A DNA stretch of 64,000 nucleotides from Candidatus Omnitrophota bacterium (GTDB lineage Bacteria > Omnitrophota > Gorgyraeia > Aquiviventales > Aquiviventaceae). Of this stretch, positions 51,696 through 62,428 are shown piece after piece. The stretch is taken from the NCBI GenBank assembly GCA_016198905.1, contig JACQHR010000004.1:3485-67484 (forward strand). The letters are read 5' to 3'. Each line of letters opens with the position of its first letter. Positions within the stretch are counted from its first letter, which is position 1. Position numbers and translations under genes: made by a program. A model generated the notes under the pieces. The model was not told the DNA's origin, did not search any database, and saw only the letters and a list, made by a program, of their open reading frames with translations.

Positions 51696-52216
51696 GCGCC
51701 ACGAGCTCCTACGTATTGGACTCGGACGTGTTTATAGCGGCGAAAAATAGCTACTATGCCTTCGCGATATGCCCAGGTTTTTGGGGCAGTCTGATTCACC
51801 ACCATGGCGAAGGCAATGTTTACAGCATCGACAGGGTTAAGGGCGAACTGCTTGCCGGGCGAAAAACCGAAGACCTTGTTCAGTGGGTCAAGAACAAATT
51901 GCCGGGTGGTTTCTTCCTTAATACGGAGGAAGAAGCTGTAACTTCCGCCTATGCGGAAATCATGCTTTGGGTGCAGCGCAACCCGCAATACTTCGACTAT
52001 GCTAAGGCGAAATTTGCAACTGAAGCGGACGGCTGGCTGGTAGCGTTTGCGCTGGTACATGGTTCTATTGTTGTGACCAACGAGCAGCCGCGCCCTGAAT
52101 CGAGAAATCGTATCCTCCTTCCCGACGTCTGCGATCAGTTCAAAGTAACCCACAAGGATACGTTTCTTATGCTCAAAGAGTTGTCCATTCGGTTTGAGTG
52201 GGCGGGATCTAGCTGA
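51692..52216 (+). CDS. DUF4411 (PIN-like nuclease fold) protein
   Basis: ATGA overlap with the ImmA gene. N-terminal YVLDSDVFIAAKNSYYAFAICPGFW, ADGWLVAFA, VVTNE and C-terminal LPDVCDQF...FLMLKEL fit the DUF4411 pattern. Confidence 0.75.
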   Translation: MSATSSYVLDSDVFIAAKNSYYAFAICPGFWGSLIHHHGEGNVYSIDRVKGELLAGRKTEDLVQWVKNKLPGGFFLNTEEEAVTSAYAEIMLWVQRNPQYFDYAKAKFATEADGWLVAFALVHGSIVVTNEQPRPESRNRILLPDVCDQFKVTHKDTFLMLKELSIRFEWAGSS

Positions 52217-52285
52217 TGCCTTGGCGTCACACTGAAGCTGCGTACGAGTCAGTCATCTAGGAGCACCTCGTCTCTTCACGTGGGC

Positions 52286-52429
52286 ATGCGTAAAGTGATC
52301 GGAACATCGTCGACCACGAAGAAGACGAAGATTCCTGACGCCTGCATCGGCCTCGGCATCAAGTGTATGACGCCGTTCGAGATGCTTCGACGCGAGCGCG
52401 CTCGGTTCATCCTGGGGCCGCAGGGATGA
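52286..52429 (+). pseudogene. Truncated second DUF4411 copy (C-terminal ~45 codons only)
   Basis: The small ORF MRKVIGTSSTTKKTKIPDACIGLGIKCMTPFEMLRRERARFILGPQG is below the track cutoff. It matches the C-terminal KIPDvC..lgv.c...FeMLr motif of DUF4411 and the paralogue at 51692..52216. Confidence 0.55.
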
Positions 52430-52738
52430 CGAAGACTGGCTGAAGTGGGCCGGATCGCGTCAGGCGCGGCCCTGGACAACCTCTTCAATCTCCCGTAGGA
52501 TCGCCGCCTCATCCGGGTTCTCCCTCACCAGCTGCCGGAGCCGCTTTTCGGTGAAGTAGACCTGCGGGAAAAGACTGGCCACTGATCAGCTTCCGCTGTC
52601 GCACCTCGGCCCCCGGTCATCCGTGGCGGCGCTTTTCTCTTTCTCAGAAGCGGACAGTTCTAATGAGCAGACTATTGGGCGTTGACATTCGTGCGATCGG
52701 GGCTTGACGCTCCAGAGGACGTCCGCTACCCTGTTACA

Positions 52739-53428
52739 ATGCGTGCGATCGTTCGGAAGTGGCTGAAGTTCGGCCTGTGGCTGCTCGGTCTTGGCAGCAT
52801 CATTGCGGTCCTCAATCTCTGCGGGATTCATCTCTCGGACTTCACGCCTGAGCGCATCCGCACGTATGTGCTGTCGTTCGGCTGGTGGGCGCCGGTCGTC
52901 TACCTCGTCATCTACGGCCAACCGGTGGTGCCGCTGCCGGCCAGCGTGATGCTCATGGCGGCGGGCTTGGCGTTCGGGATGCTGGGCGGCTTGGCGCTGG
53001 CGCTGGCGACCTTGACCATCCGAGGGTGCGGCCAATTCCTCATGGCGCGGTTCTGCGGCCGCGAGGCCATTGAGACGCTCCTGCGCGGTCGGCTCGCTCG
53101 ATGGGATCAACGCGTGGGGCACGTGACGTTTGGCACCTTGCTGTGGATCAGAATGTTAGCTCCCGTCCCGTACGATATCCAGAATTTCAGCCTCGGGCTT
53201 TCCGCGGTGTCATTTGGGACGTTCGTGGCGGCGACGGTTGTCGGCGCCATTCCGGGCGGTGCGGTATGGGTGTACTTGGGACAAGCGGTCACCAGCGCGG
53301 CGCAACTCTGGAAGGTTGGAGTGGCGATGGCGGTGATCGTGGGCCTCTGGCTGATCCAGCGCGCCGTTCGTCGTCGACGAGCGCAAGCGTCGTCCCAGCG
53401 ATCGCCCGTTGCAGCGCTCTCACGTTGA
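52739..53428 (+). CDS. TVP38/TMEM64 (SNARE-associated, DedA-related) membrane protein
   Basis: Multiple TM helices. Motifs [18 protein letters not shown] and [18 protein letters not shown] are typical of the family. ATG 52739 chosen over TTG 52682. Confidence 0.7.
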   Translation: MRAIVRKWLKFGLWLLGLGSIIAVLNLCGIHLSDFTPERIRTYVLSFGWWAPVVYLVIYGQPVVPLPASVMLMAAGLAFGMLGGLALALATLTIRGCGQFLMARFCGREAIETLLRGRLARWDQRVGHVTFGTLLWIRMLAPVPYDIQNFSLGLSAVSFGTFVAATVVGAIPGGAVWVYLGQAVTSAAQLWKVGVAMAVIVGLWLIQRAVRRRRAQASSQRSPVAALSR

Positions 53429-53433
53429 TCATC

Positions 53434-55638
53434 ATGGCAAGCCACGCGCTTGGCTGCGCCGGCTCTTCTCACGACGCGCGCGCCGCGATCACTCCTCGGA
53501 TGCCGACAGCAACGCAGACTATGGATTCAACGACGGCCGTTTCACAGCACACGAACCGACTCATCACGGAGAAGAGCCCCTACCTCTTGCAGCATGCGCA
53601 CAATCCCGTCGACTGGTACCCGTGGGGCGAGGAAGCGCTGGCGAGGGCGAAGCGGGAAGACAAACCGATTTTCCTCTCTATCGGCTACTCGACGTGCCAC
53701 TGGTGTCACGTCATGGAGCGGGAGTCGTTTGAAAATCCGGACATCGCCCAATTGCTCAATCGCTCCTTCGTGTGCATCAAGGTCGATCGCGAGGAGCATC
53801 CGGATCTCGATCAAGTCTACATGCACGCCGTGACGATGATGACCGGCCAGGGCGGCTGGCCGCTGACGGTGTTCCTCACCCCGGACCTCAAGCCCTTCTT
53901 CGGCGGCACGTATTTTCCTCCGGAGCGGAAAGGGGAACGGGCCGGCATGAAAGAGGTGGTCCCCGCCGTGGCGGAAGCGTGGACGCATCGGCGCGCCGAG
54001 CTGCTCGCGTCGGCGGAGCATCTGACGCAATCGCTGAGCGAACAACTCGCCGCGACCGCACCCCCAACCGCGGTCACGCCCGAGTTGCTGCACACCGCGT
54101 TCAGCCAAGCGGTGAACATGTTTGACGCGACGACCGGCGGCTTTGGCGAGGCGCCGAAGTTTCCTCGCAGCCACGAACTATCCTTTCTCCTCACCTATTG
54201 GTATCGCACACGTACGGGCCAAGCGCTTGAGATGGTGACCACAACACTGGATCACATGGCCCGCGGCGGAATCTACGATCACCTCGGCGGCGGGTTCCAC
54301 CGGTACTCGACCGATGGCCAATGGCTCATCCCGCATTTCGAGAAAATGTTGTACGATCAGGCGTTGTTGGCCAAGACGTACCTGGAAGCCTACCGGGTGA
54401 CGAAACGCCCGGACTACGCCGAGGTGGCGCGCGGCATCTGCGACTACGTCTTGCGCGACCTGACGAGTTCTGAGGGGGCCTTCTATTCGGCGGAGGACGC
54501 GGATAGCGAGGGCGAGGAAGGCACGTTCTACGCGTGGACGCCGCAGCAGGTTGCACAGGCGCTTGGGGCCGACGCGGAACTGTTCAACCGCTTCTACGGC
54601 GTGACCGCAGAGGGAAACTTCTCCGCCGAAGGCGGATCCGCCTCTGGCGGAGAGCACCACACCAACGTGCTTCATATCGAGCAACCGCTCGACATGTTTG
54701 CAAAGGTGAAGGGACTTGATGCGCAGCGCGTGGTCGCTCAACTCCAATCAGATCGCGCCACGCTGCTGGCGGCCCGCGATGCGCGCGTGCGTCCGCATCG
54801 CGACGACAAAGTGCTCACGTCGTGGAATGGGCTGATGATCGCATCGCTGGCCTATGGCGCGTCGACGCTCTCGGAGCCGCGCTACCTCGAAGCGGCGACT
54901 CGCGCGGCGGAATGTATCCTCACGCACCTGCGGCGCGATCGCCAATTGTTGCGCCGGTATCGAGACGGGGATGCGCGATACGCGGGGACGCTCGAGGACT
55001 ACGCGTTTTTCTGCGAAGGGCTGCTGCAGTTGTATGAAGCCAGCGGCGAGGCCAGATGGCTGAAGGAGGCGAAGTCGTTCGCGGCCACCATGGTCGAGCG
55101 CTTCTGGGATGGCAGCGGCAGCGGATTCTTTTTGCGGGACAAGGATGAGGCGCCGCTGATTGTGCGCTCAAAGGACCTCTACGATGGCGCGACTCCATCA
55201 GGCAATTCGATGGCCGCACTGGTGTTGCTCAAGATCGGCCGCATGACGGGCGATCGGCATTTGGAAGAGCTGGCGCGTCGTGCGCTGGAAGGGGTGGCGC
55301 ACACCGTCGAGCGCACACCGTTTGGATATCCGCAGCTGCTCATCGCGGTGGACATGGCTCTGGGCCCGATCAAAGAAATTGTGGTGGCCGGCGATCCGGC
55401 GGCTCCACAGACGGTGCAGATGCGCCGTGCGATCCATGAGCGATTTCTCCCGCGAGCGGTGACGCTCCTGCACCCGGCGGGCGAGGCCGGGAAAACCATT
55501 GAGGCGCTCGCGCCGTTTGTCGCGTCCCAACAGCCGCTCCAGGGACGGCCGACGGCGTACGTCTGCGAGAATTTCGTCTGCGCGCGTCCGGCGACGGACG
55601 TGAACGCGTTGATCGAGCGGCTGGAGCCTACGAACTAA
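53434..55638 (+). CDS. Thioredoxin-domain protein YyaL/DUF255 family (N-terminal thioredoxin-like + six-hairpin domain)
   Basis: [21 protein letters not shown] and [14 protein letters not shown] signatures. Track ORF 53101 trimmed to ATG 53434 because upstream codons overlap the TVP38 gene. Confidence 0.85.
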   Translation: MASHALGCAGSSHDARAAITPRMPTATQTMDSTTAVSQHTNRLITEKSPYLLQHAHNPVDWYPWGEEALARAKREDKPIFLSIGYSTCHWCHVMERESFENPDIAQLLNRSFVCIKVDREEHPDLDQVYMHAVTMMTGQGGWPLTVFLTPDLKPFFGGTYFPPERKGERAGMKEVVPAVAEAWTHRRAELLASAEHLTQSLSEQLAATAPPTAVTPELLHTAFSQAVNMFDATTGGFGEAPKFPRSHELSFLLTYWYRTRTGQALEMVTTTLDHMARGGIYDHLGGGFHRYSTDGQWLIPHFEKMLYDQALLAKTYLEAYRVTKRPDYAEVARGICDYVLRDLTSSEGAFYSAEDADSEGEEGTFYAWTPQQVAQALGADAELFNRFYGVTAEGNFSAEGGSASGGEHHTNVLHIEQPLDMFAKVKGLDAQRVVAQLQSDRATLLAARDARVRPHRDDKVLTSWNGLMIASLAYGASTLSEPRYLEAATRAAECILTHLRRDRQLLRRYRDGDARYAGTLEDYAFFCEGLLQLYEASGEARWLKEAKSFAATMVERFWDGSGSGFFLRDKDEAPLIVRSKDLYDGATPSGNSMAALVLLKIGRMTGDRHLEELARRALEGVAHTVERTPFGYPQLLIAVDMALGPIKEIVVAGDPAAPQTVQMRRAIHERFLPRAVTLLHPAGEAGKTIEALAPFVASQQPLQGRPTAYVCENFVCARPATDVNALIERLEPTN

Positions 55639-55645
55639 CCGTGCC

Positions 55646-56179
55646 ATGTCGATGACACAGGAAGAAACTCGTCTGCGCGCGCTATACCTGTTCCTGGCGT
55701 GTTCGCAGGCGGTCGATCAGTTCAAAGCCCGGCTGATCGCCACGTTTCCCTCGGCGCCCTTGACGGTTCGGCCGCTGTTGGAGCGATCGCTGAAGCGCGA
55801 GCTCGGGCTGCTGTTCCGGTACTGGATTACGCGGCAGGTCTGGCAACAGCTGGATGCGCGGGAAGAGGATGCGAAGAGCTTGAACCTGGCGGTCCTGCGG
55901 CTCTTCACGGAAGGCTTCAAGCTGGCGCGCGACGGCAGCGGCCTGCGCTACGCCGAACTCTCGACGCTCGCGGAGGACGTCAACGAACTCAGCCATCGCA
56001 TTACCAATGCGCTGGGGATGGAGCATCAACCGTTGTTGGCCGAGCTGCACGGCGCGATCCTGCCCTGGCACGATGCCGTCATGAAGTACACAATGGAGGC
56101 GCTCGAGCTGCCCCTCGAGCAGCTGTCATCCCGCGTCAAGGAATGGGCCGGGCGAGAGCCGGAACCTCCTCCTCATTAA
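55646..56179 (+). CDS. Hypothetical helical protein (177 aa)
   Basis: ATG start 8 nt after the upstream stop. No recognised motif. Confidence 0.5.
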   Translation: MSMTQEETRLRALYLFLACSQAVDQFKARLIATFPSAPLTVRPLLERSLKRELGLLFRYWITRQVWQQLDAREEDAKSLNLAVLRLFTEGFKLARDGSGLRYAELSTLAEDVNELSHRITNALGMEHQPLLAELHGAILPWHDAVMKYTMEALELPLEQLSSRVKEWAGREPEPPPH

Positions 56180-56180
56180 C

Positions 56181-56396
56181 ATGCTCTTGCCGTCGTGGTT
56201 GTGGATCGGCACTCCGGTCAAGGTTGTGCTCTGGCTGGCCAATCGGCTTGCCACATGGACCGGATCCTGGTATTTCTGGAAGCGATTCAAAGGTCGGCGC
56301 CGTCTCTGGTTGTGGTTGCTCGCGCTCAATGCGCTGTCATTTACGGCACTCGGTGGCGTGTTCTACTGGATTCACGTGAGGAGAATGCATCGCTAG
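56181..56396 (+). CDS. Hypothetical small Trp/Arg-rich membrane protein (71 aa)
   Basis: ATG 2 nt after the upstream stop. Two hydrophobic segments. Confidence 0.4.
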   Translation: MLLPSWLWIGTPVKVVLWLANRLATWTGSWYFWKRFKGRRRLWLWLLALNALSFTALGGVFYWIHVRRMHR

Positions 56397-56424
56397 GAGC
56401 GATGCGAATGGAGAGGAGGCGTAC

Positions 56425-56616
56425 ATGCCTAGTGTCATGCAGACGCGCAGCAAACGCGTCGGGAACGTGTCGGGCGGGTCGATCGATCAGGAGGCAATTG
56501 CGCGCGTCGCCTACGAGCTGTTCCTGAAGCGGGGCAGCGGCCACGGCAGCGATCAGCAGGACTGGTTCGAGGCAGAGCAGATCGTGCGGCAGCGGCAACG
56601 CAGTCGACGCGCGTAA
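56425..56616 (+). CDS. DUF2934-like small protein
   Basis: GAGAGGAGG RBS. IARVAYELFLKRGSGHGSDQQDWFEAEQIV motif. Paralogue of 2335..2538. Confidence 0.6.
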   Translation: MPSVMQTRSKRVGNVSGGSIDQEAIARVAYELFLKRGSGHGSDQQDWFEAEQIVRQRQRSRRA

Positions 56617-56653
56617 CGACCATCTTCGTCTTCTATGAAGCGGGGAGTCTCCT

Positions 56654-57604
56654 GTGAAGGTCCTCATCACCGGAGGAACCGGATTTCTCGGTAGCCGCCT
56701 CTGCGAGCGTCTTGTCCGAGCCGGTCATGACCTGTGCGTGTTGACGCGCAATCCATTGGCGCGGATCGGCCAAGCAGGCGTGCAATTTCTCTCCTGGGAT
56801 GGCCAGGAGTGGGAGCACGCCCTGGCAGAGGCGCAGGCGGTGATCAACCTCGCCGGCGAGCCGATTGCCGAGGGACGATGGACCGCAGCGCAGAAGGCGC
56901 GTATTCGAGAGAGCCGCGTGCACGCCACCCGGCAGCTCGTCGGTCGCATGGCCTCGCGTCTGGAGAAGCCCGCGGTGCTCATCAATGCGTCGGCGATCGG
57001 CTACTATGGGCCGTGCGGCGAGGAGGAAGTGACCGAGGCTGATCCTCCAGGACACGGGTTCCTCGCCGAGACGTGCCGGGCTTGGGAGGCGGAGGCCCAG
57101 CGGGCTGAAGATCTCGGCGTGCGCGTGGTCCGCTTGCGCCTCGGCGTCGTCCTCGGCCCATCCGGAGGCGCGCTAGCGAAGATGGTCCCGCCGTTTGTCT
57201 TGTTCCTCGGCGGCCCGATTGGGAGCGGCCGACAGTGGGTATCGTGGATTCATCGTGAGGACGTCGTGGGGATGATCGAATGGGCGCTCTCGCATCCCCA
57301 GGTGAGCGGGGCGGTCAACGTGACCGCGCCCCATCCGGTGACCATGCGCGAGTTCTGCGAGACGCTCGGGCGCGTGCTCGGCCGTCCCTCATGGCTGCCG
57401 GTTCCTGCGTGGGCCCTGCGTCTGTGGCTTGGAGAGATGGCGCAGGTGCTCGTGACCGGGCAGCGGGTGATCCCGCATGCGGCCACGCGCGGGCAATACG
57501 CCTTCATCTATCCTGACCTGCAAGCGGCACTCGAAGCGGCACTCGCATCCTATTCCGCGCGCGTGTTGCCCGATGATTCACAAGCGACCCAATCTCGCGG
57601 GTGA
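56654..57604 (+). CDS. NAD-dependent epimerase family protein, TIGR01777/YfcH type (C-terminal DUF1731)
   Basis: GTG start after GGGGAG. VLITGGTGFLGS Rossmann motif. The C-terminal region (RVIPHAATRGQYAFIYPDL) resembles DUF1731. Confidence 0.8.
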   Translation: MKVLITGGTGFLGSRLCERLVRAGHDLCVLTRNPLARIGQAGVQFLSWDGQEWEHALAEAQAVINLAGEPIAEGRWTAAQKARIRESRVHATRQLVGRMASRLEKPAVLINASAIGYYGPCGEEEVTEADPPGHGFLAETCRAWEAEAQRAEDLGVRVVRLRLGVVLGPSGGALAKMVPPFVLFLGGPIGSGRQWVSWIHREDVVGMIEWALSHPQVSGAVNVTAPHPVTMREFCETLGRVLGRPSWLPVPAWALRLWLGEMAQVLVTGQRVIPHAATRGQYAFIYPDLQAALEAALASYSARVLPDDSQATQSRG

Positions 57605-57701
57605 TGGGCTGGGCTCTCGACTGTTTCTCTGCTAGACCGATGTCTCGGATTGTGTGACAATACCTCTTCGTTGTGCGGCGACGTCCAGCCACCCCCTCGA
57701 C

Positions 57702-57932
57702 ATGGATCACGGATGGATCAGCGTGAAAGTGCACCCTAATGCCGGCAAGGACGTGCTCGTTGGCGTTGGGCCCGGCCGGTTTGAGGCGTGGGTCAAAGCC
57801 AAGCCGATGGAAGGGCGCGCCAACGAAGCCCTCATCGGGCTGCTGGCGAAGACGCTGAAGATTCCGTTTCAGGCGCTGCGGCTCGTGAAAGGACGCAACG
57901 GCCGCCACAAGGTCTTCAGAATCGTGGAGTAG
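57702..57932 (+). CDS. DUF167 (YggU-like) protein
   Basis: ISVKVHPNAGKD...AKPMEGRANEALIGLLAKTLKIP....LVKGRNGRHKVFRI fits the DUF167 pattern. Start uncertain (GTG 57654 or ATG 57702). Confidence 0.65.
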   Translation: MDHGWISVKVHPNAGKDVLVGVGPGRFEAWVKAKPMEGRANEALIGLLAKTLKIPFQALRLVKGRNGRHKVFRIVE

Positions 57933-57993
57933 CCCGATCGAGACGATCCGCGAGCTATTTGCGCAGCTCTATCATTTTGACGAGCTCATCCGC

Positions 57994-58590
57994 TTGGGCG
58001 GGTATGCCGCGCTGGTGGGCATCGTGTTTGCGGAAACCGGACTGCTCGCCGGATTCTTCCTCCCCGGAGATTCCTTGCTGGTGACGGCAGGGCTGCTGGC
58101 GAGCAGCGAAGGCGCGCTGAATGTGTGGATGCTCGTCGTGTTGCTGAGTGCGGCCGCCATTGCGGGCGATAGCACCGGCTACGCGATCGGCTATCATCTG
58201 GGCCCGCGTCTGTTCAATCGGGAGGACTCACGAGTATTTCACAAGGATCACCTCGCGCGTACGCAGCGGTTCTATCAGAAATACGGAGCGAAAACCATCG
58301 TGCTGGCGCGCTTCGTGCCGATCGTCAGGACGTTTGCGCCGACCGTCGCCGGAGCGGGAAAGATGCACTACCGGACGTTCCTCCTCTTCAATATCATCGG
58401 AGGGATCGGTTGGGCCACAGGCATGACGCTGGCCGGCTACTTCTTGGGCCGCTCCATTCCGAACATCGAGCGGCACTTGCACTGGGTGATCGGCGTCGTG
58501 ATCCTCTTATCGATCTTGCCTATCGTGTACGAGTGGCGGCTCTCGAAACGATCCCGTCCGGCGACACAGCACCCGACCGCATCACGATGA
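57994..58590 (+). CDS. DedA family membrane protein
   Basis: FAETGLLAGFFLPGDSLLVTAG and ARFVPIVRTFAPTVAGAGKM motifs. TTG 57994 is the first canonical start, although DedA-like residues continue upstream in frame. Confidence 0.8.
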   Translation: MGGYAALVGIVFAETGLLAGFFLPGDSLLVTAGLLASSEGALNVWMLVVLLSAAAIAGDSTGYAIGYHLGPRLFNREDSRVFHKDHLARTQRFYQKYGAKTIVLARFVPIVRTFAPTVAGAGKMHYRTFLLFNIIGGIGWATGMTLAGYFLGRSIPNIERHLHWVIGVVILLSILPIVYEWRLSKRSRPATQHPTASR

Positions 58591-58606
58591 CAGCGATGGA
58601 GTCTAT

Positions 58607-59943
<1,337 letters not shown>

Positions 59944-59944
<1 letters not shown>

Positions 59945-60303
59945 TGGCTGATGCCGTGCTGCCGGCACTCATTGGAGCGCTCACACGGCAGGTGACGTTC
60001 CTCGAGGTTCGCACGCCGGCGCAGCGCGGCGACTATTTCGAAGCCGTGCTCTCGCGCGGGGATCTGCCGACGTGCGAGAACGTGCTCGTCGCGTCGCTGG
60101 GCCAGCCGGTCAAAGCGTTTGGCCGTCCGGCCACACTGGCACCCGCCCACCAGCACAGCGTGAATAAGCTCGGCGGTGTCCGGGGCAATCAGTGCCTGTT
60201 TCTCAAGGCGATGGACGCGTCGGTGGTGGCGTATGCGCTCCTCTGGCCGTGGGAGTCCGACCCGATGCGGGTGACCATCAAGGTGGGGCACTTTACGGCG
60301 TAA
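59944..60303 (+). CDS. Hypothetical 119-aa protein coupled to the helicase gene
   Basis: The ATG overlaps the helicase TAA (TAATG). No recognised motif. Confidence 0.4.
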
Positions 60304-60324
60304 CGGGGACGGGAGCGAGCTGCC

Positions 60325-60822
60325 ATGGCTGACGAGCATAGCTTTGACATTGTCTCGAAGGTGAATTTCCAGGAACTGCGCAACGCGATCCAGCAGGCTC
60401 AGAAAGAGCTCAGCACTCGGTTTGATTTCCGCGGGAGTCGCGCCTCGATCGTCTACGAAGAATCCCCCCCGGCGCTGAAGGTCAGCGCCGACCATCAGGT
60501 GCAGCTCAAGAGCGTGATCGACGTGGTGGAAACCAAGCTTGCCAAGCGCGGGGTGTCGTTGAAGGCGTTCACCTGGACTCCTCCTGAGCAGCTGCCCGGC
60601 GGCGGCATGAAGCAGTCCGCGAACCTTCAGCAGGGGCTGAACTCAGACCAGGCACGAGCGGTCGTGAAGACGATCAAGGACCTTGGCCTGAAAGTCCAGC
60701 CCCGGATCGATGGGGATGCGGTGCGCGTCGGCGGCAAGCAGCTCGACGATCTGCAGGTCGTGATCCAGACGCTCAAAGGGAAAGACTTCGGCATCCCGCT
60801 GCAGTTCGAGAATTATCGCTAA
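60325..60822 (+). CDS. yajQ: YajQ family nucleotide-binding protein (UPF0234)
   Basis: N-terminus SFDIVSKVNFQELRNAIQQAQKELSTRFDF and the size (165 aa) are typical of YajQ. Confidence 0.85.
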   Translation: MADEHSFDIVSKVNFQELRNAIQQAQKELSTRFDFRGSRASIVYEESPPALKVSADHQVQLKSVIDVVETKLAKRGVSLKAFTWTPPEQLPGGGMKQSANLQQGLNSDQARAVVKTIKDLGLKVQPRIDGDAVRVGGKQLDDLQVVIQTLKGKDFGIPLQFENYR

Positions 60823-60855
60823 TCCCCCAGACCTCCTCCTTGGAGGCTTGCAACG

Positions 60856-61989
60856 ATGGCACGAGTGCTCGCCCAGTACCTGCACGCCATCCGACACCCC
60901 GCCACGGGGTTGCTCGAAAGTTTCGCGGATAGCGCAGATCCCGAATTGCACGGTGTAACCTTCACCTATGATCTGGCCCTGACCGCTCTCGTCTTTACGC
61001 ACGGCGAGTCGTTCGACGCGGCGCGACGCATCCTGGATTTCTACCGGGCAATGCCTCCCCCGGATCTTTCCACGCCCACATACAATGTGGCGTACGGCAC
61101 CGCCGGTGGCGCCCCGGCGCTCGAATCGGCGTTTCAGCTTGGCCCCCTGTCGTGGATGGCGATTGCGCTCATGCGTTTTGCGCATGCCAGCGGCGAAGCC
61201 ATCTACTTTCACAAGGCGGTGACCTTGCTGGATTGGGTCCGTCAGTCCATGCCGCATCGAGATGGCGGAGTGGCGATGGGGATTCGCGAGCCGTGGTCGT
61301 TGCGGATGTCGGTGGAAAACGATTGGGCGTATTACGCCGCGCTGCGCATGGCGCTTGTGTGGGTGCCGGATGGGGTGTTGCGCGAGTTCGTTCGCGAGGA
61401 GACAACCGGCGTGCGGCGGTGGCTGGCGCGCCATGAGCGCGACCGCGGCGCCGATGATGGCGTCAAAGCGCTCGATGTGTACACGAATGCGCTGCTCATC
61501 GGTCCACACGCGCACCTCGAGGATCAGGTGATGGGCGATGAAGCGGCACTGGCCCGCTGGGCGCGAACCTGGATCGAGGAGCTTGAGGATCTCTTCCGCG
61601 TCCCTGAGATCCCAGGGTATGACTACACGGATGCCGACGAAGCTGAGGCAGCGGGGCGCGAGCGATGCAGTTGGCTGGAAGGCACCGAACAGGTGATCGT
61701 AGCGTATCAAACGTGGGCGCCATTTTTTGAATCGCAGGGCGATCGGCTCTTTGCGCAGCGGCTGCGTCGCTTAGCCGGCTTCGCCCACGCCCACGTCATC
61801 CGGTGCAGCCTGCTGTCGCGCGGCGCCGTGGCGATTCCGAATACCGACGCGCCCGAGCCGGTCCGCACCTTTGCCGATGGCTGGGTCGCGCGTCCATCCA
61901 TGGAACCCGCCCTCAATGGGACCACGTGGACGTACTTTGCTGAAGTCGGACTGAATCCGTGGGTCATTCCATCTCGTCCGCTTCGCTGA
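60856..61989 (+). CDS. Hypothetical protein, possibly (alpha/alpha)6-barrel-like
   Basis: GGAGG RBS. Repeated aromatic and helical segments (YDLALTALVF, WMAIALMRFA, DWAYYAALRMAL) suggest a six-hairpin fold. Not assignable. Confidence 0.45.
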   Translation: MARVLAQYLHAIRHPATGLLESFADSADPELHGVTFTYDLALTALVFTHGESFDAARRILDFYRAMPPPDLSTPTYNVAYGTAGGAPALESAFQLGPLSWMAIALMRFAHASGEAIYFHKAVTLLDWVRQSMPHRDGGVAMGIREPWSLRMSVENDWAYYAALRMALVWVPDGVLREFVREETTGVRRWLARHERDRGADDGVKALDVYTNALLIGPHAHLEDQVMGDEAALARWARTWIEELEDLFRVPEIPGYDYTDADEAEAAGRERCSWLEGTEQVIVAYQTWAPFFESQGDRLFAQRLRRLAGFAHAHVIRCSLLSRGAVAIPNTDAPEPVRTFADGWVARPSMEPALNGTTWTYFAEVGLNPWVIPSRPLR

Positions 61990-62133
61990 CAGTTCCCCCC
62001 GTCTCTGTCTGTGCACGAGAAAATGGTGGTACTCTCTCCTCGCCCACGCGATAATAGGGCGATGCGTGCAAGCGTCGTCACAGGCGACGTCTGACGGTGC
62101 CTGGGGACCGTGGAAGCAAACAGGGGGGTGGGC

Positions 62134-62376
62134 ATGAGCGGTGGCAAGAGCTGTTGTGGGATCTGCAAGGTCGTTGGGCTCTTGGTCGGCATCGGCGCAC
62201 TGAACTGGGGATTGGTCGGGATTTTCCAGATGGACCTGGTGGCGACGCTCTTGGGCGACATGACGATGCCGGCGCGTATCGTCTATGGCCTCATTGGGGT
62301 GGCCGGTGCGCTCAAGCTGATTTCGTTGGTCAAGTGTTGTCCGTGCAACGCAGGATCCTGCGACACAAAGAAGTAG
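62134..62376 (+). CDS. DUF378 small membrane protein with Cys-rich termini
   Basis: The core VGLLVGIGALNWGLVGIFQMDLVATLLG...RIVYGLIGVAGAL fits DUF378. ATG 62134 follows AGGGGGG. Confidence 0.6.
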   Translation: MSGGKSCCGICKVVGLLVGIGALNWGLVGIFQMDLVATLLGDMTMPARIVYGLIGVAGALKLISLVKCCPCNAGSCDTKK

Positions 62377-62428
62377 GTAATCCGCCCTGAAACACATTCT
62401 TCAACCGGACGAGGGCGAGCTCCTCACG

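Noticed and set aside
52460-52582. 40-codon GTG ORF on the minus strand (VASLFPQVYFTEKRLRQLVRENPDEAAILREIEEVVQGRA), considered as a small antitoxin.
   Set aside because: I cannot assign it to any family from sequence alone. It is too short, with no RBS evidence. It is mentioned only as a possible remnant in the island-border finding.
30617-52600. Search for an integrase, recombinase or transposase that would define a mobile island at the tRNA cluster or around the R-M cassette.
   Set aside because: No ORF in the window shows tyrosine or serine recombinase or DDE transposase motifs. The 58-aa excisionase-type HTH alone is insufficient to call an integrative element.
52682-52740. TTGACA, TTGACG and TACAAT hexamers upstream of the TVP38 gene, considered as a promoter.
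   Set aside because: Spacing between candidate -35 and -10 hexamers is 25 nt or otherwise non-canonical. TACAAT also abuts the ATG, so no promoter is called.
53101-53433. N-terminal 111-codon extension of the thioredoxin-domain ORF given in the track.
   Set aside because: The extension overlaps the TVP38-family gene in another frame and has shadow-like composition. The conserved domain begins after ATG 53434.
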